NCBI GenBank assembly: GCA_030264375.1
Contig: JASCQW010000061.1
Span: forward strand, 113,011,434 to 113,075,433
Origin: Carcharhinus longimanus
Taxonomy: Eukaryota
Length of the DNA: 64,000 bases
Reading direction: 5' to 3'
Part shown: positions 50,687 to 64,000 of the stretch, in pieces
Numbering within the stretch: the first letter of the stretch is position 1
Layout of the letters: each line of letters opens with the position of its first letter
Made by a program: the position numbers and the translations under genes
The notes under the pieces: model-generated
Seen by the model: only the letters and a program-made list of their open reading frames with translations
What the model was told of the DNA's origin: nothing
Database searches by the model: none

Positions 50687-51389
50687 TGTAATATATTTTG
50701 TGTATGGTGGGACTGCTTTAAGAGGCAGTGCTCTGTTACACAAGTTAATCTGTCTGGGAAACCATGCAGCTCAAGCATTGAAAATGCAGGATAATCACTA
50801 CGAATTAACCAGGGTGTTCTTCGTTGAGGCACTGGCCTTTGTTTATTTAGATTCTCCTGGGATTTTAGATTAGATATAGTCATGCAAGCTTTAATTAGGT
50901 TGATTGGCAGGGAGAGCCATGTGATTAATGAGTGAAGTTAAGCTTGCCACGAAGACCAATTTCATTTTAAAATACAAATAGTTGCTGCCCAGACTTGCGA
51001 GTAAAAACCGGTGTTTCTCTGTCTCTCTCATCTCTAAACTCCATGACTGTTAACTTCAGTCACATGCTAATATGCTTGTGTTTTGCGAAATTATAAACAG
51101 TCTATAAGGGAAATTTTGGTTAATTGGAGCTCAAGTGAGAAGTTGGCAGTTAAGAATTGTATGTTATCATAGCTAAGTATTGTTCAATTGGTAAATTTAA
51201 AATAATTTATTTGTTAGAGTTAAATTGTATTGTTAAATAAAATTTGTTTTGATAAAGGCTTCCTGGTTTGTCAGTTGAATCATGCCTGGAGTGAAATATT
51301 CCATCCTCACAATGCCAAAATAGGAAAATTGTTGGGGTCTAGTCTTGCTTCTTAACATACCTTGTGGTTTCTGATCTGGTACCCTGACA
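50687..51389 (+). mobile_element. Probable solo LTR
   Basis: TGTAAT...CTGACA, ~700 bp, AATAAA at 51236-51241, near-TSD ctat/ttat; related to 43656-44336. Confidence 0.6.
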
Positions 51390-51432
51390 TTATTACATAA
51401 AAATCTGAATGATAGTAGGTGGCATTACATCA

Positions 51433-52190
<758 letters not shown>

Positions 52191-52492
52191 TGAGAAATTA
52201 CTTAAGTATCAGCATTAGGAACATGAACCAATTTTATTTCCACAACCAGAAAGTCAAACACTGAATGCAAACTGATCATCATCAGGTTAAATAAAACTGA
52301 TTTGATAGCATTTAACTTTAACGACACAAGCTAAAATTTAATTTTAGTTTTCTTTTGCTTTTGAAATTATTCCAAAATATTAACTTACTAGAAAGGGCAT
52401 TTAACAAGAACCGGTGAAATTTCTTAACATTTTATCAGTACAAGCTTCAGAATGAACACGTGAAAGAAAACATTTAAAATAGTCATAATTAC

Positions 52493-52646
52493 CAGCCGTT
52501 GCTTTAAGGAAAAATACCTCCTGTGCCTGAGCTAACATAACTTGACTGAGGGTTCCAACTGTGTCAGGAGAAATATCCATAGAGGGCTCTCGATTGAGTG
52601 CTGACAGTACAGTGTCCTTGATGTGCTGGAAAACTCCACTGGCAAG
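52493..52646 (-). CDS. PDCD6IP: ALIX exon 5
   Basis: LASGVFQHIKDTVLSALNREPSMDISPDTVGTLSQVMLAQAQEVFFLKATA; AG/GT flanks; 154 bp; phase fits neighbours. Confidence 0.97.
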
Positions 52647-54919
52647 CTATTAAAATAAAAACAACATATTTCTCCCAACATCAGTCCAAGAAATGAAAAA
52701 GTTAACAGTACTTCAATTTTGCAAACTTACAAATTCCTGACTCAGTTATGAATACTGCTTCCAGTTACAGTAATCTTAAAATTAAGGCTAAAGGAGAGAA
52801 ATCAGAAAGCCAACCTTTTTCCCCCATACAAGAGCAGTAGAAATCTGGAACTTCACTACCCGCTAAAGTCCAAATATTCGGACAATTGGAACTCTCAAGA
52901 TTGAGCCTGATCTTGATGTCTTTCTGGAGCAATGGTGGATACATGGACAGATCATTCACAATTTAACTGCATGGTAGAATAGTTGAATAGTGTTCTTCTG
53001 TTCCCAGGGCTAGCACTTCAGTGCTCAATCTCGGCCATTCAATGCACTACAAATATAGCCCCCTACCAGAAAGAAACAAACTGTTCCAAAGTGTTTTGGA
53101 TGTTCCACCTGTCAATAGTGCTCCAACTATCAACCTGTTTGCCAATAATATGGGAGAAATCAGCAAATTAGAAATTTTCCAGTTTATGGCTCCCTTGCTG
53201 CTTTACATTATATTTAAGTTAGAAATCGAGTAAAATAATGAAGGATCACATGTGAGACATATATAAGGAAGAAAGAATTAAAAACAAGTGTTAAGGAGAG
53301 AGACAAGAAAAGGAAGGACTAATGGCTTATAGAAATCACACGTGAGAAAATGAAGTTAGAGAAGAAGAAAGTGTACAGCACTAGAAGGCTAACATCAAAA
53401 CAAGAGTCTCAAAGGATGAGGGCAGGAATAAATTTTAAAGTCCTGTTAGTACTGACAATGATTTTTTCGAACACTAGAGGGCATTAACATTTTAGTTTCT
53501 GATCTTGGCACACAGAAAACTACAGCAGTTCTTAAAAGTGATTTTGTAATAAATATTGTCACCTTTAAAAATGCCTTCATTCAAACCTAGAGAAGCCCTA
53601 ATATGGTGGGATGGCAAATCAGAAAGGAATTATAGCAAGGTTAGCATAAGGTGGATTTTGAGCAGAGGATTTACATAGGTAGCTCCTAATGTTTGGCATG
53701 AAATTAAACTTAAAAGATACACCACAGATGAGTCAAATTTAAATACAAAAGTTTAAACCAAATAGCTGTTTGTCATCCTCATCACTTGGCCTAGCTACCC
53801 TCTTGGTCAGGAAATGGTTTGCAGCGGTTTTTGGTAAGTGGAGATTTTTTTTTAAAACCACAGCATGCTCATCTATGAAGGACATTCGCAGGATAGGGAG
53901 TCCCCTGGCATCTCAATTAAGTAGATATCCCTCATGCATGAGCCCATGTAATAAGTTTCCAACAAAGATGAACAAATAGAAAACAGTAGCAGAAACCCAA
54001 GCAATTTACTTCCTCCTTCACAGCTGAGACCAATGATGTCAGTTTATTAACTTGGTCAAGATCAGTTACTCATCACCGCTTCAAAGATCAAATTGACGCA
54101 ATGCCGATTGCATGACTCAGGATGATACATTTCCCCAAGAAATCATTAAGGAATTCTGGAGAAATAAAGATTCATTATATTCTCATCCCACATATTTGGG
54201 GTTGGCAGAACCTGCATTTCACAAAACACTTTAGAAGCAATGATCCTTCAAAATGTTTGTGAGAAGTATATGACATTATCCATGTGAAGGGCATGCTCCT
54301 TCACAGTGATATGCCAAATTGGATTCAAAGGAAAAGAAAATGAGGACATAATCCAGATTCAATGTTCTTTCCAGCAAGGACAAAGCTGTCTCATTTTTGA
54401 TTTTATGACAGACAGTGATCACTCAGCATTACTTTTTGGTGGTGATTGAATATCCTTTATTTAGATGCTAAGATTTTGACTTATGTTTTGATAAAATTCC
54501 ATTATGCAGGCTAATTGGAGGCCTGTTGATCTTCACAAATGTCAATGGGCTGTTTATTTTCAGCATTTTCTCATTTTATTAATGCTTTTACAAATATTTT
54601 TAGGTTCTCTTCTGAACAGATTTTCATTTCACAACAGGAATGAAAAAAATCACAAATCCTGGTCCATAATTGCTTGCTGGGTTTTCTCAATATTACAGCC
54701 AAGGGTGAAATTTGCATGATGCAAAGATTCAACTTACTGCGGAAGAGCTTTAAACAGGGTACCACGTTCTGCAACATGAAACTAATTTGGGTTTTGTAGC
54801 ACTCCAGTGACTCCACTGTTAAAAGTCATTTAGCATTGTGAAAGCTTGCTGCAAGCACACCATACAAACAGAAGAAATTAAATATCTCCATTCAGAAAGT
54901 TCACTAAGCTGACTCCTTG

Positions 54920-55882
54920 GGTAAACAGGTTGCTATATGAGAAAAGGCTGAGCAAGCTGCAGCTATACTATTTGCAGTACTTGAAAAATGAGAGGTAATC
55001 TTATTAAAATAGACGAGGTTCCAGTGGGACAGATTCTGAGAGGACATTCCATCATGTGGGGAAATCTAGAATTCAGAGGCACAATTGAAAGGTGGGTCTC
55101 TAATTTAAAATTGAGGATTTATTCTCTCAGGGGGTCATTTATGTTCGGAATTCTATCCCACAGACCATCAAGGCTGGGTCATTGAACATATGTAAGACTG
55201 TATTTGACAGATTTTTTGATCACCAAAGAAGTGGGCGGCACTGTAGCACAGTGGTTAGCACTGCTGCTTCACAGCTCCAGGGTCCTGGGTTCGATTCCCA
55301 GCTCGGGTNNNNNNNNNNNNNNNNNNNNNNNNNNNNNNNNNNNNNNNNNNNNNNNNNNNNNNNNNNNNNNNNNNNNNNNNNNNNNNNNNNNNNNNNNNNN
55401 NNNNNNNNGCACTGTAGCACAGTGGTGAGCACTGCTGCTTCACAGCTCCAGGGTCCTGGGTTCGATTCCCAGCTCGGGTCACTGCCTGTGTGAAGTTTAC
55501 ACACATTCTCCTCGTGTCTGCGTGGGTTTCCTCCGGGTACTCCGGCTTCCTCCCACAGTCCAAAGCTGTGTGGGTTAGGTTGATTGGCTATGCTAAGAAA
55601 TTGCCCCTTAGTGTCCAGGGATGCATAGGTTAGAGGGATTGTGTACAATATGTAGGGATATGGGGGTAGGGCCTGGGTGGGATTGTGTTCGGAGCAGACT
55701 CGATGGGCCGAAGGGCCTCTTTCTGAGCTGTAGGGTTTTATGGTTCTAAGTTAAGGGTTGTGGAGTTAGGCAGGCAAGTGTAGTTCAAGCCACAGTCAGA
55801 TCAGCCACAATCTTATTAAATGGCAGTGCAGGCTTGAAAGGCCAGTTAGCATAGCCCTGCACCTAGTCCTCATCTTATGATT
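54920..55882 (+). mobile_element. Old CR1 3' end interrupted by a V-SINE
   Basis: aaaatgagaggtaatcttatt...; resumes aagttaagggttgtggag...agatcagccacaatcttattaaatggcag after the SINE. Confidence 0.7.
55233..55748 (+). mobile_element. Young V-SINE (HE1-like), full length
   Basis: gggcggcactgtagcacagtggttagc...gggttcgattcc, V domain ttctcctcgtgtctgcgtgggtttcctccggg, CR1-like tail gggccgaagggcc. Confidence 0.92.
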
Positions 55883-56114
55883 ATGACCAGAAACTTAGTA
55901 TCTTTACAAATACTGACCAACCTATTGTGCATTTCTCATACGTTGTACTTCTTTCAGGTTTCCCAAACCAGTAACTCTTTTCTTTCATTACTACGTTATA
56001 TTTAAAAAGTGCATGTTGATTATAATCTGTTGCCTTTAAAATGCTGGTCAGTTTTGCCCATTTGGCTTGAGAACAAAGAATGGTCGAATAACACAGCAAG
56101 TCTCGCCTCATCTG

Positions 56115-56310
56115 TCAAGAAACAGTCAACATTTTGAGTCCAGTGTGACTCTTCTTCAGAGCTGTCCTGAAGAGTTTCAAAGAAGTGTCATATTGAATCT
56201 AAAACATGAACTCAGTTTCTCTTTCTCTCAGGTGCTATCAGACCTGCTGAGTTTTGCAGCATTTTGTTTATATTTCAAATTTGCAGTATCCACTGTTCTT
56301 GGCTTTGATT
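56115..56310. repeat. Foldback of Penelope-like termini with decayed hammerhead
   Basis: Minus strand CTGAAGA-A-GAGTC-ACACTG-GACTC-AAAA at ~56128-56162; right arm homologous to 35200-35300. Confidence 0.6.
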
Positions 56311-58679
56311 GAACAGGATTTGATAAACTTAAATCCATTTCTTTAAAAACTGGAACTGAAAACCAAAGACAAAAGGATCAACTTAATAGATCTGCAATGC
56401 ATGCAAAGTTAGTATATAACATGCTTACACAGAAATGTATTATTTGCATGATGAAATAAAACGTAGGAGGAAATTAAATAAACCAAATGTTGAATTAACA
56501 ATGGCTCCTCTGTTATGGTATCAAGGAAGTTACTGCTAAACTACAGCCTGCCATCCTAAAAATGCAAAGTTTGTTATGTTAAGTGCACTGATTCTAAAAA
56601 TCATCTTCAGCAGATTCTTCAGAAGACAACAGTATTTAAAAATGCTTTGTAGAAAATGTATTAATCATTTTGACAGGAACAAGAAGAATTTTTTCTCTTC
56701 TCTTTTTCAATGGCAGGATCAAACTAACAGAAGTAAGGGACAATTAAGCTCTCTGAAGTAACTGCTCAATTTAGTATGTTGTCACAAATAGCATTTTTGG
56801 AGGAGACAGAGCAAACCTAAGGCAGCATTTCACCCCAGCCCTATCAATGCATCTGTGAGGTGCTGAGCAGAAAAAACAGAACTTGATATTGTACAGATTT
56901 GTATATTTTCAAAACAAGAGAGTATGGTTCTCCATTTGTAGCTTATCACCACCACGTCGTCAATTCCTCACTGCAAACCTCAACGACTTCCCCTTGATAG
57001 GAAGAACTGGATTAGACATGTTTAAAGTTACATGAGAAATGAAATTTTTAAACTTTGAAGATCTTACTGCCACCCAAACCACCCACTTTCCTCTCAACAG
57101 TAGGATATTAGTCATGGGTAAAAATATAAGGCAGATGCTTCTGCCTAGATCCACAAGGCACATGCAAATATTTACTCATTTTCAGCGTCAAAGGGTCCCT
57201 GATCAATATTAAATTGGTTAATATTCAGTCAGAAAGAATTCAGTTCCAATTTTCTTTTCAAGAGCAGCACAAATTGAGCCAAAATAGCCTGGGAACATGG
57301 CATCTAAATAAGTATTAAAATTGAATGAAATTAAAAATTTTAAGACAGCAGATCATCCCCTTTAAAGAAGGGGGTAAAAGAAGCACTCTATCAAAGATAA
57401 CCCTTGTACTGGTTGTTAGTGGAAATTTTAATTCACATTGCAGTCATTTTAGTGCTAAAGAACTTATCAGAATAGCACTTTGGAAGAGATGTGGAAGGAA
57501 GCTCAAACATCCAGCAAAGGATAAATGTGTAACTGAATTCAACTACTCTCAATGTTAACGCTGAAATAAATCGTGCCAGGAATAGAGTCTTTCAATAATT
57601 ATTATTTGTACAATATTCTTTTATAACCCAGATCTTTCAATGCAGGCCTTTGAAATAGATGGCTGTGTTCAAATGTTAGTCAGGTCACCTAGATGAAATT
57701 TGAACTCTTTGGAATGATCAAGTTAAAGCCCAAAAAGTCAAATGGTGTCAAATCTCCCACTTCTTTTTCAAAATTATAAAGTCACAAAAACAAACTTAAT
57801 TTTCATTTTCCTGTGGCTGTAACAAATTATTCAAACAAAAGGCTCTCTATTTGCCACAGAATATGGAGACAAATACATCAGAAGGAAGCCAAAGGATTTA
57901 TGATCACACCCAGCCTTGTTTCCACTGTCTGAACCACTGATCCCCCTTTTAGATGCAATCCTCCGTTGCAGTTTATCACTTTTGGGAGATCATGGCTAAG
58001 TCAATGTTTGATGACAAAGGATCAGCCAGGGGCAGACAGCTGCCTCCAATTGTCACCCTGCTACTCACTCCAACCTTAAGTTTTAAGAGAAGTTATCTTG
58101 GTTGGATGCACAAATTCTGCATCATTTCATGGATGACAATTGAAAAGCTTTCCAAATTCCTCTTCAAGCACTCTGGTATTATACACAAATTCACTAAATA
58201 CATGCCTGGTAAGCAAGCAATCAACAACTTGCAGAGATTATCCCACAACAGGAACATTTATGGCAAAAAAAAAGAGGGCCTGAGCCAAGATCAGGGCTCT
58301 GGCTCCCAAGAGCGAAGAGGTCAAGAACCAGAACGTAAATTCATAGCGACTGGAAAATAATTTCTTTGTGAGGAGGTATGGCAGAGCTTCCCAAATTTTC
58401 TTTCATTGTGACTCCATTTCAATGCCTGAAAAAAATAGTGCAACCCCAAAGTGAAGACAGAGGTGAGGGAGGGGTCGAAGGGAAAGAGAAGGAGTTCGTT
58501 GAGGGGGTCTGGAACCAATAGTTTTGTCCACAACATGTTGGAAGACTCTGATCGGACCTCAATACATGGGATGAGCAGAGAGAGTGAGAGAAATATGAAG
58601 CAAAAAGACTGTAGATAACAGATGTCAAGTTTCTCAGGCAAGCTCGAACTGGTTGAGTAGCAGAAATTCAGAGGGAAAG

Positions 58680-59720
58680 CAAAACAAAATGCTCAAATCC
58701 ATGACTAGAGTCGAGTATCTACCAAAACAAGGAGCCCAAAATTATTGTATCAACATATAAAGTGGGGGGCAAAAGAAGGATGAAGCAATTAGAAACTGAA
58801 AAAAGTGGATTTACACACAGAGGCAATGAATCTGACTATGGTACTGAATACTTGACATTGGTCTTTACCAAGGAAGATGTTGAACTCAGTAATGGAAGCT
58901 TTGAGGTATTGAATGGACTAAAAATTGATAGAGGCGTAATGGAAAAGACTTGCTGTATTTAAAAGTTGATAAGTAACCAGGACTGGATGAGATGCATCCC
59001 AAGGATACAGAGGGCAGTAAAGGTGGAAATTGCAGTGACACTGGCCATAATTTTACAATCCTCTTTAGATACACCGGTGGCACCAAAGAAATGGAGAATT
59101 GCAAATATTATATCCTTGTTTAAATACATGCTGAGTACTCCCAGCACTTGCTGTTTTTATTTCCAATTTCCAACATCCACAGTACTTTGCTTTTACCTGA
59201 GTGAGAAATAAAAGGCGGACTCAGATAAATTTGCCATGCATACAGCATTGCAAGTTGCAGGTACTAGTTTCCACATTGGATTATGAGATCTTGACAACAA
59301 CAGAGGTCTGGTTCAACACAAGGGAAAAACACAAACTTAATATCCCTTGCTACAAATGTATTCATGAAAGGGTAGAGAAGCGAGACAAGGAAGGGGAATG
59401 AGCAGGGAAGAGAATGGCAGTATGAATCAAAGGTTTTCTTACAACACTGGAAAGGATGAGGGTACAAAATGTTGCTCTGTTTGAGGGTACAAAGACTGAA
59501 GTTATTCATGCAGACTGAACAAAAAGAAGAACTATTCAAATACAGGGAAGGATGTAGAGAGGTGATTTTGCAAATAGACTTCAGAAAGATGCAAGAAAAA
59601 TAGCAATTATTCTGATACAGGTTAGGAAAATAACAGTACGAAGGGCAAAGTGAGAAAGAATTCCTAAGATGCGTAAACGAAAACCTTATCGGCATGTTGC
59701 CATTCCAACAAGCAAGGTAA
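58680..59720 (+). mobile_element. Old CR1 fragments
   Basis: EYLTLVFTKED, VKVEIAVTLAIILQSSLDTPVAPKKWRIANIISLFK; endonuclease-like ILTTTEVW...LNIPCYK. Confidence 0.7.
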
Positions 59721-60016
59721 TCAACCTGAAAAGCTCTGCACAGTTGCTATCCTGTCATGTTGAACATTTCCAGAATTTTCTGTTTCAATTTCAGTGTCTA
59801 GCACCTGCAGCATTTTGATTTTTTTTAAAAGGATGGAAGCAGTGCAATTTAACTCTGGAGTAACTTTAGAAAAACAATGACTGCACCATTCGGTTTCAAG
59901 GGCTTCAGGCAATTTGATTCATTCCATGTGGAATCAAGAAACGGCTGAAGGCACATACTGTAAAAGTTATGGGCACTGAGCGTTCTTCAATAGTACTACA
60001 GACTTCTGTTCTAGAA

Positions 60017-60184
60017 ACCAAAGATGTGTGGGTTAGGTGGATTGGCCATGCTAAATTGCCCCTTGGTGACAGGAGGACTAAATATGTGGGGTTATGGAAA
60101 TAGGGCCTGGGTGGGGTTGCAGCCGATGCAGACTCGATGGGCCCAACGGCTTCCTTCTGAGCTGTAAGATTCTATGATTCTATC
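60017..60184 (+). mobile_element. V-SINE 3' half
   Basis: ccaaagatgtgtgggttaggtggattggccatgctaaattgccc...gattctatgattctat. Confidence 0.85.
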
Positions 60185-61546
60185 TTGCTGTGTCCAGGGC
60201 CAAGCTGTTCCAGTGCAGCTACAACACTAGCATCTACCCAGCAAAGTAGAAATTTGTCCAGATTTGTCCAGTCCACAAAATGTAGAACAAATCCAACACA
60301 GCTAATATTCCTCCCATCATTCAATTCTCAATCATCAGTAAATGTGATGGTTGGGGTATATCTACAGCTCTATCAAGCAGCACTTGCTAAGTAAAAACTT
60401 GTTCAATGACCCTCAACTCGGGTTCTGCCAGGGTCAATCGGCTCCTGATCTCATTACAGCCGTGGTTCAAACAGGACATAAGAACTAAACTCCAGATGGG
60501 AGGCAAGTGACTGCAGTTGACATCAAGGCCTCATTTGACTGGATGTGGCATCAAGGAGCCCTAGCAAAACTGGAGTCAAAGGGAATTAGGGCAAAGGTTG
60601 CAAAACACCTAACACAAAGAAAGATGGTTGTGGTTATTAGAGGTCAATCATCTCAGCTCCAGGACATCACTGCAGAGGTTTGTCAAGGTAGTGTCCTATG
60701 CCCAATTTCAGCTTTTTCATCAATGAGCTTCCTTCCATTGTAAGGATCGAAATGGGGATGTTTGCTGTTGGTTTCACAATGTTCAACAACATCTGCAATC
60801 CCTGAGATACTGAAGTAATCTATGTCCAAATGCAGCTAGACCTGGACAATATACTGCTAAGTAACATTTGCACCACAAGTGTCAGGCACTGACCATCTCC
60901 AATCAGAGAGAATCTAACCATCTCCAACATTCAATAGCATTACCATCACTGAATCCCCCACCATCAACATCCTATGGTTATCATTTATCAGAAATTGAAT
61001 TGGACTAGCCACATAAATACGGTGGCTGCAAGAGCAGGTCAGAGGTTAGGAATCCACTTGCCTGGATACGTGCAGCTTCAGCAACATACGAACAACTTGA
61101 CACCATCCAGGACAAAGCAACCCGCTTGATTCGCACCCCTTCCATAAACATTCACGCCCTCCACCAATGAACCGTGGCAGCAGTGCAAACCATGTACAAG
61201 ATGCACTGTGGTAACTCAATGCGCTGCACTAACTCACCAAGATTCCTTAGACAGCACCTTCCAAACCCACAACCATTAAGAGCAAGGGCAACAGACTCAC
61301 AGGACCACTACCTGAAATTTTCCTCTAAACCGCTTGTCATCCTCACTTGGAAATATATCGCTGTTCCTTGACCATCGCGGTGTCCAAATCTTGGAACACA
61401 AACTAACAGCACAGTAGATGTTCATACATCAGGACTGCAGTGGTTCAAGAAGACAGTTCACCACTATCTTCTCCAGAAAAATTAGGGATGGGCAATAAAT
61501 GCTGGTCTAGCCAGTGACACCCGTTCAGTAAATGAATAAAAAAAAT
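60185..61546 (+). mobile_element. Second LINE family copy with 3' tail
   Basis: AVDIKASFDWMWHQGALAKLESKGIR, RKMVVVIRGQSSQLQDITAEVCQGSVL; ends aattagggatgggcaataaatgctggtctagccag...aatgaataaaaaaa. Confidence 0.88.
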
Positions 61547-62102
61547 TAGGGTAATTGACAGAAGAACCTGAGCTGAAATGGCACCTTTTTCGGAAATGTA
61601 GCAAATTGTGGATAAACTGCATGAGTGTGCAAAGAAAATAAATTATAAAGCAACTTTAAAAAAGCAATTGAATAAATAGCAAAGCAAGATAAAATTGCAG
61701 GATTAAGAGAAAAGATCAGGCAAATGAGACACACTGGGTAACTTTCAAACAACCAGCACAGGCACATCGGCCTGAATTGCCTACTTCTATCTTTAAAGAT
61801 TCCATGATTCTAAGATTGCACCACTTGGATGCGAGGGAATAAATGTGGATCCGAGCAGAAGGAATAACCAAGATGAATGAGGGTGAGATAAACGAGCATT
61901 GAAAGGTAGAAATGACCAAGTAACTGTGATTGAAGTTACTGACTGAGAGTCATTAGTGGAGAAGCTGATGGGAAAAAAAGTGTAAGAACATACCAGGGAA
62001 AAACATGGCATGGGGCTTGGTGGCAGTGAAGCTGCCATCTAAAAAAAAAAATTACAAATGAAAAATATGACAACAGATTTTACGAAAGTGACCCCTGCAT
62101 AC

Positions 62103-62230
62103 CTGGTAATACTTAGCTGCTGCTTTCAATCCTTCATCATTCTCCAGATTCTGCTCTGCTGCAATCTGGCTAGCAAGAGCTCCAATGTTGAACAATACAC
62201 AGCTCTTTTCATATCCCAAACTTGCAAGAG
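62103..62230 (-). CDS. PDCD6IP: ALIX/PDCD6IP coding exon 4 (Bro1 domain)
   Basis: Translates ALASLGYEKSCVLFNIGALASQIAAEQNLENDEGLKAAAKYYQ, matching human ALIX ALASLGYEKSCVLFNCAALASQIAAEQNLDNDEGLKIAAKHYQ; AG acceptor 62232-62231, GT donor 62102-62101; 128 bp. Confidence 0.97.
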
Positions 62231-62350
62231 CTGAAACCAAATTGAAGAAAGAAATATTTATTAACTTTGTAATACTCAGAGATTTGTAAAGAGTATTGTA
62301 AGACTTGTTTGCGTGTATCCAAGACAGATAAGAAGAGCAGCCGTCCCTGA

Positions 62351-62898
62351 TGTTGTACACAAGTTTATGATTTTTTTTCCAGCTAATTGTGTTCAGGAAT
62401 GTGGCTAACCCAGCTAGTATCTATTTTGTGTCTTTTAATATTATGGACTTCTGTTTAACATAGTGGAGTTTACATGCATGCCTTCATTTATATTTATTAT
62501 GTACTATTTACCAATATGTTATATGCTATACAGGTACCTACGAACATAAAATTGTTATACAGACCCCAGTAACTTTGTATGCCAGTAAACTTGTTTGTGC
62601 CAACTCGTATGTTAACTAATCACACCACAGGTGTTGAGATGAGACACAATCGCAATGTTCACACGATGGAAGACACGCCACAGCCTGGGAACCCTGCAGA
62701 GCCTGGGAAAGTGTGGACATGACTGGGGAAGGTATAAGTACCTNNNNNNNNNNNNNNNNNNNNNNNNNNNNNNNNNNNNNNNNNNNNNNNNNNNNNNNNN
62801 NNNNGTTAGGTACCAGGTCTCTCCCAAAAGCTTTTGAAATAAACCTGCTGTATTTTGACTCACAACTAGTCTCAGAGGTATATTTTTTACCTACAACA
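62351..62898 (+). mobile_element. Probable solo LTR
   Basis: TGTTGTA...TACAACA inverted termini, TATAA near 62733, AATAAA near 62838; no clear TSD, so the left edge is uncertain. Confidence 0.5.
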
Positions 62899-63169
62899 AA
62901 AAGAAAAAATAACACAGGATAGCTAAAATTCTCTAAACCATGTAGCTTCCCAAATTGAGTCGCAGAATCCCCAGTGATATATCAGGAGCATCAGGCAACC
63001 CCAACCACACTCAATGTCAACGCCTTTTTTTGGGCCACAAAATAGACACAAACGTAAACAAGTCTTTTCTAGCCATATCTATGCATATATTAATCTGGTA
63101 ATAATTAAAAAGTTCTGGTCATAAATACAGAATCCCAACAGTGCAGAAGAGGCTATTAAGCCTATTTAA

Positions 63170-64000
63170 TATGCACCAACCACACCCCCGCCCAGCTCGC
63201 CCTGTTCCACTTGTGCACCCCAACTCACCTTTTGCCGCTCGTCTCTCACTGCTCCCGTTCCCACCTGCTCCCTCTCATTCCTGTTCTGCCGCACTCACCT
63301 TCACCCCTTTGTGCCTTTTGCCCCTCCCATTCGTGCCCTCCTTCCTGCACTTGCGCCTGCTCCCATTCACACCCTCTCGCATCTCACCCCCTCTCAATAC
63401 CTCCAGGTCTTACCCTTTGTTATTTTTCATACGAGAAATAATGCAGGAAAGCCAATCGTAATATACACAAACACACAAGACATGCATCACTCCCTTATTC
63501 TGGCCCCTCGCCCACTCCCATTTGCTTCCATTCACACCCTCTACCACTCATGCCCTCCCACGCGCATCCTTTCACAATTTGGGTGCCTCCTACCTCTCGT
63601 CCACTCACGTCCCGGCATCCCCTTTTGCGCTCATCCCTCCCCTGCTTCCATGCATGCGCCTTCTCGCCCTCTCCCATTTGTGGCTTTGGGCCCCTCTTGC
63701 TCCTCGTCAGCTCGTGCCCCAGCACCCCCTTTTGCCTTTCGCCCCCTCCCGTTTGCAACCTGATTGCCTCTCTCCCATATCCAGCCCCTCCCATTCGCAC
63801 CCCCTCCAGTTCATACCCTTCATGTGCTCGCACCCTGGCACCACCTTGTCTCTCTCACCTGCTCCAGTTCACGCCCCTTCACCCTCCCCTGCTCCCGTTC
63901 GCATATCTTCTTACCCATTCTGGTTTGCACGCCCTTGAGCCTCTTGTCCATGTTCATTCGTATTCTGGAACCCTTCTCCCGTATACTCCAGCCCCCCCAT
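63170..64000. repeat. C/T-rich low-complexity degenerate repeat
   Basis: Recurrent cccctc, cattcacaccct and ctcccgttc units; strong pyrimidine strand bias. Confidence 0.7.

Noticed and set aside
55233-55305. tRNA-like A/B boxes suggesting tRNA genes (also near 7765, 29040-29095, 51435)
   Set aside because: They continue into the V-domain and LINE-like tail, so they are SINE heads rather than tRNA genes
55239-55478. Apparent tandem duplication of the V-SINE tRNA head
   Set aside because: The near-identical 70-bp copies sit on either side of a 100-N gap, which is typical of unmerged contig overlap
63141-63938. Overlapping Pro-rich ORFs of 106-150 aa that might be ALIX exons
   Set aside because: Products of low-complexity C/T sequence with no match to ALIX exons 1-3

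Overview
Eukaryotic, repeat-rich vertebrate DNA from a gapped scaffold (many 100-N gaps). The repeat content (HE1-type V-SINEs, abundant CR1 LINEs, Penelope-like termini) points to a cartilaginous fish, probably a shark (inference). One host gene is present: PDCD6IP (ALIX; Bro1 + V domain + proline-rich region) on the minus strand. Coding exons 4-18 (human numbering) run from 62230 down to the TAA at 10131-10133. All introns are GT-AG and phase-consistent (2285 coding nt); exons 1-3 lie beyond the right edge. The rest is decayed mobile DNA: CR1-type LINEs of two groups, an RTE LINE, a Ty3/Gypsy fragment, probable solo LTRs, two tRNA-derived SINE families, Penelope-like fragments and foldback elements. 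The most notable signals are: a minimal type I hammerhead ribozyme motif in a Penelope-like terminal repeat, with decayed copies elsewhere; a candidate 60-nt in-frame ALIX cassette exon resembling the start of exon 17; the YFYFQ alternative acceptor preceded by a ~150-nt AG-free zone; and Asn in place of human ALIX Ser721. I found no convincing evidence for a wholly new multi-gene system. Repeat boundaries are approximate; exon boundaries were read at base level.
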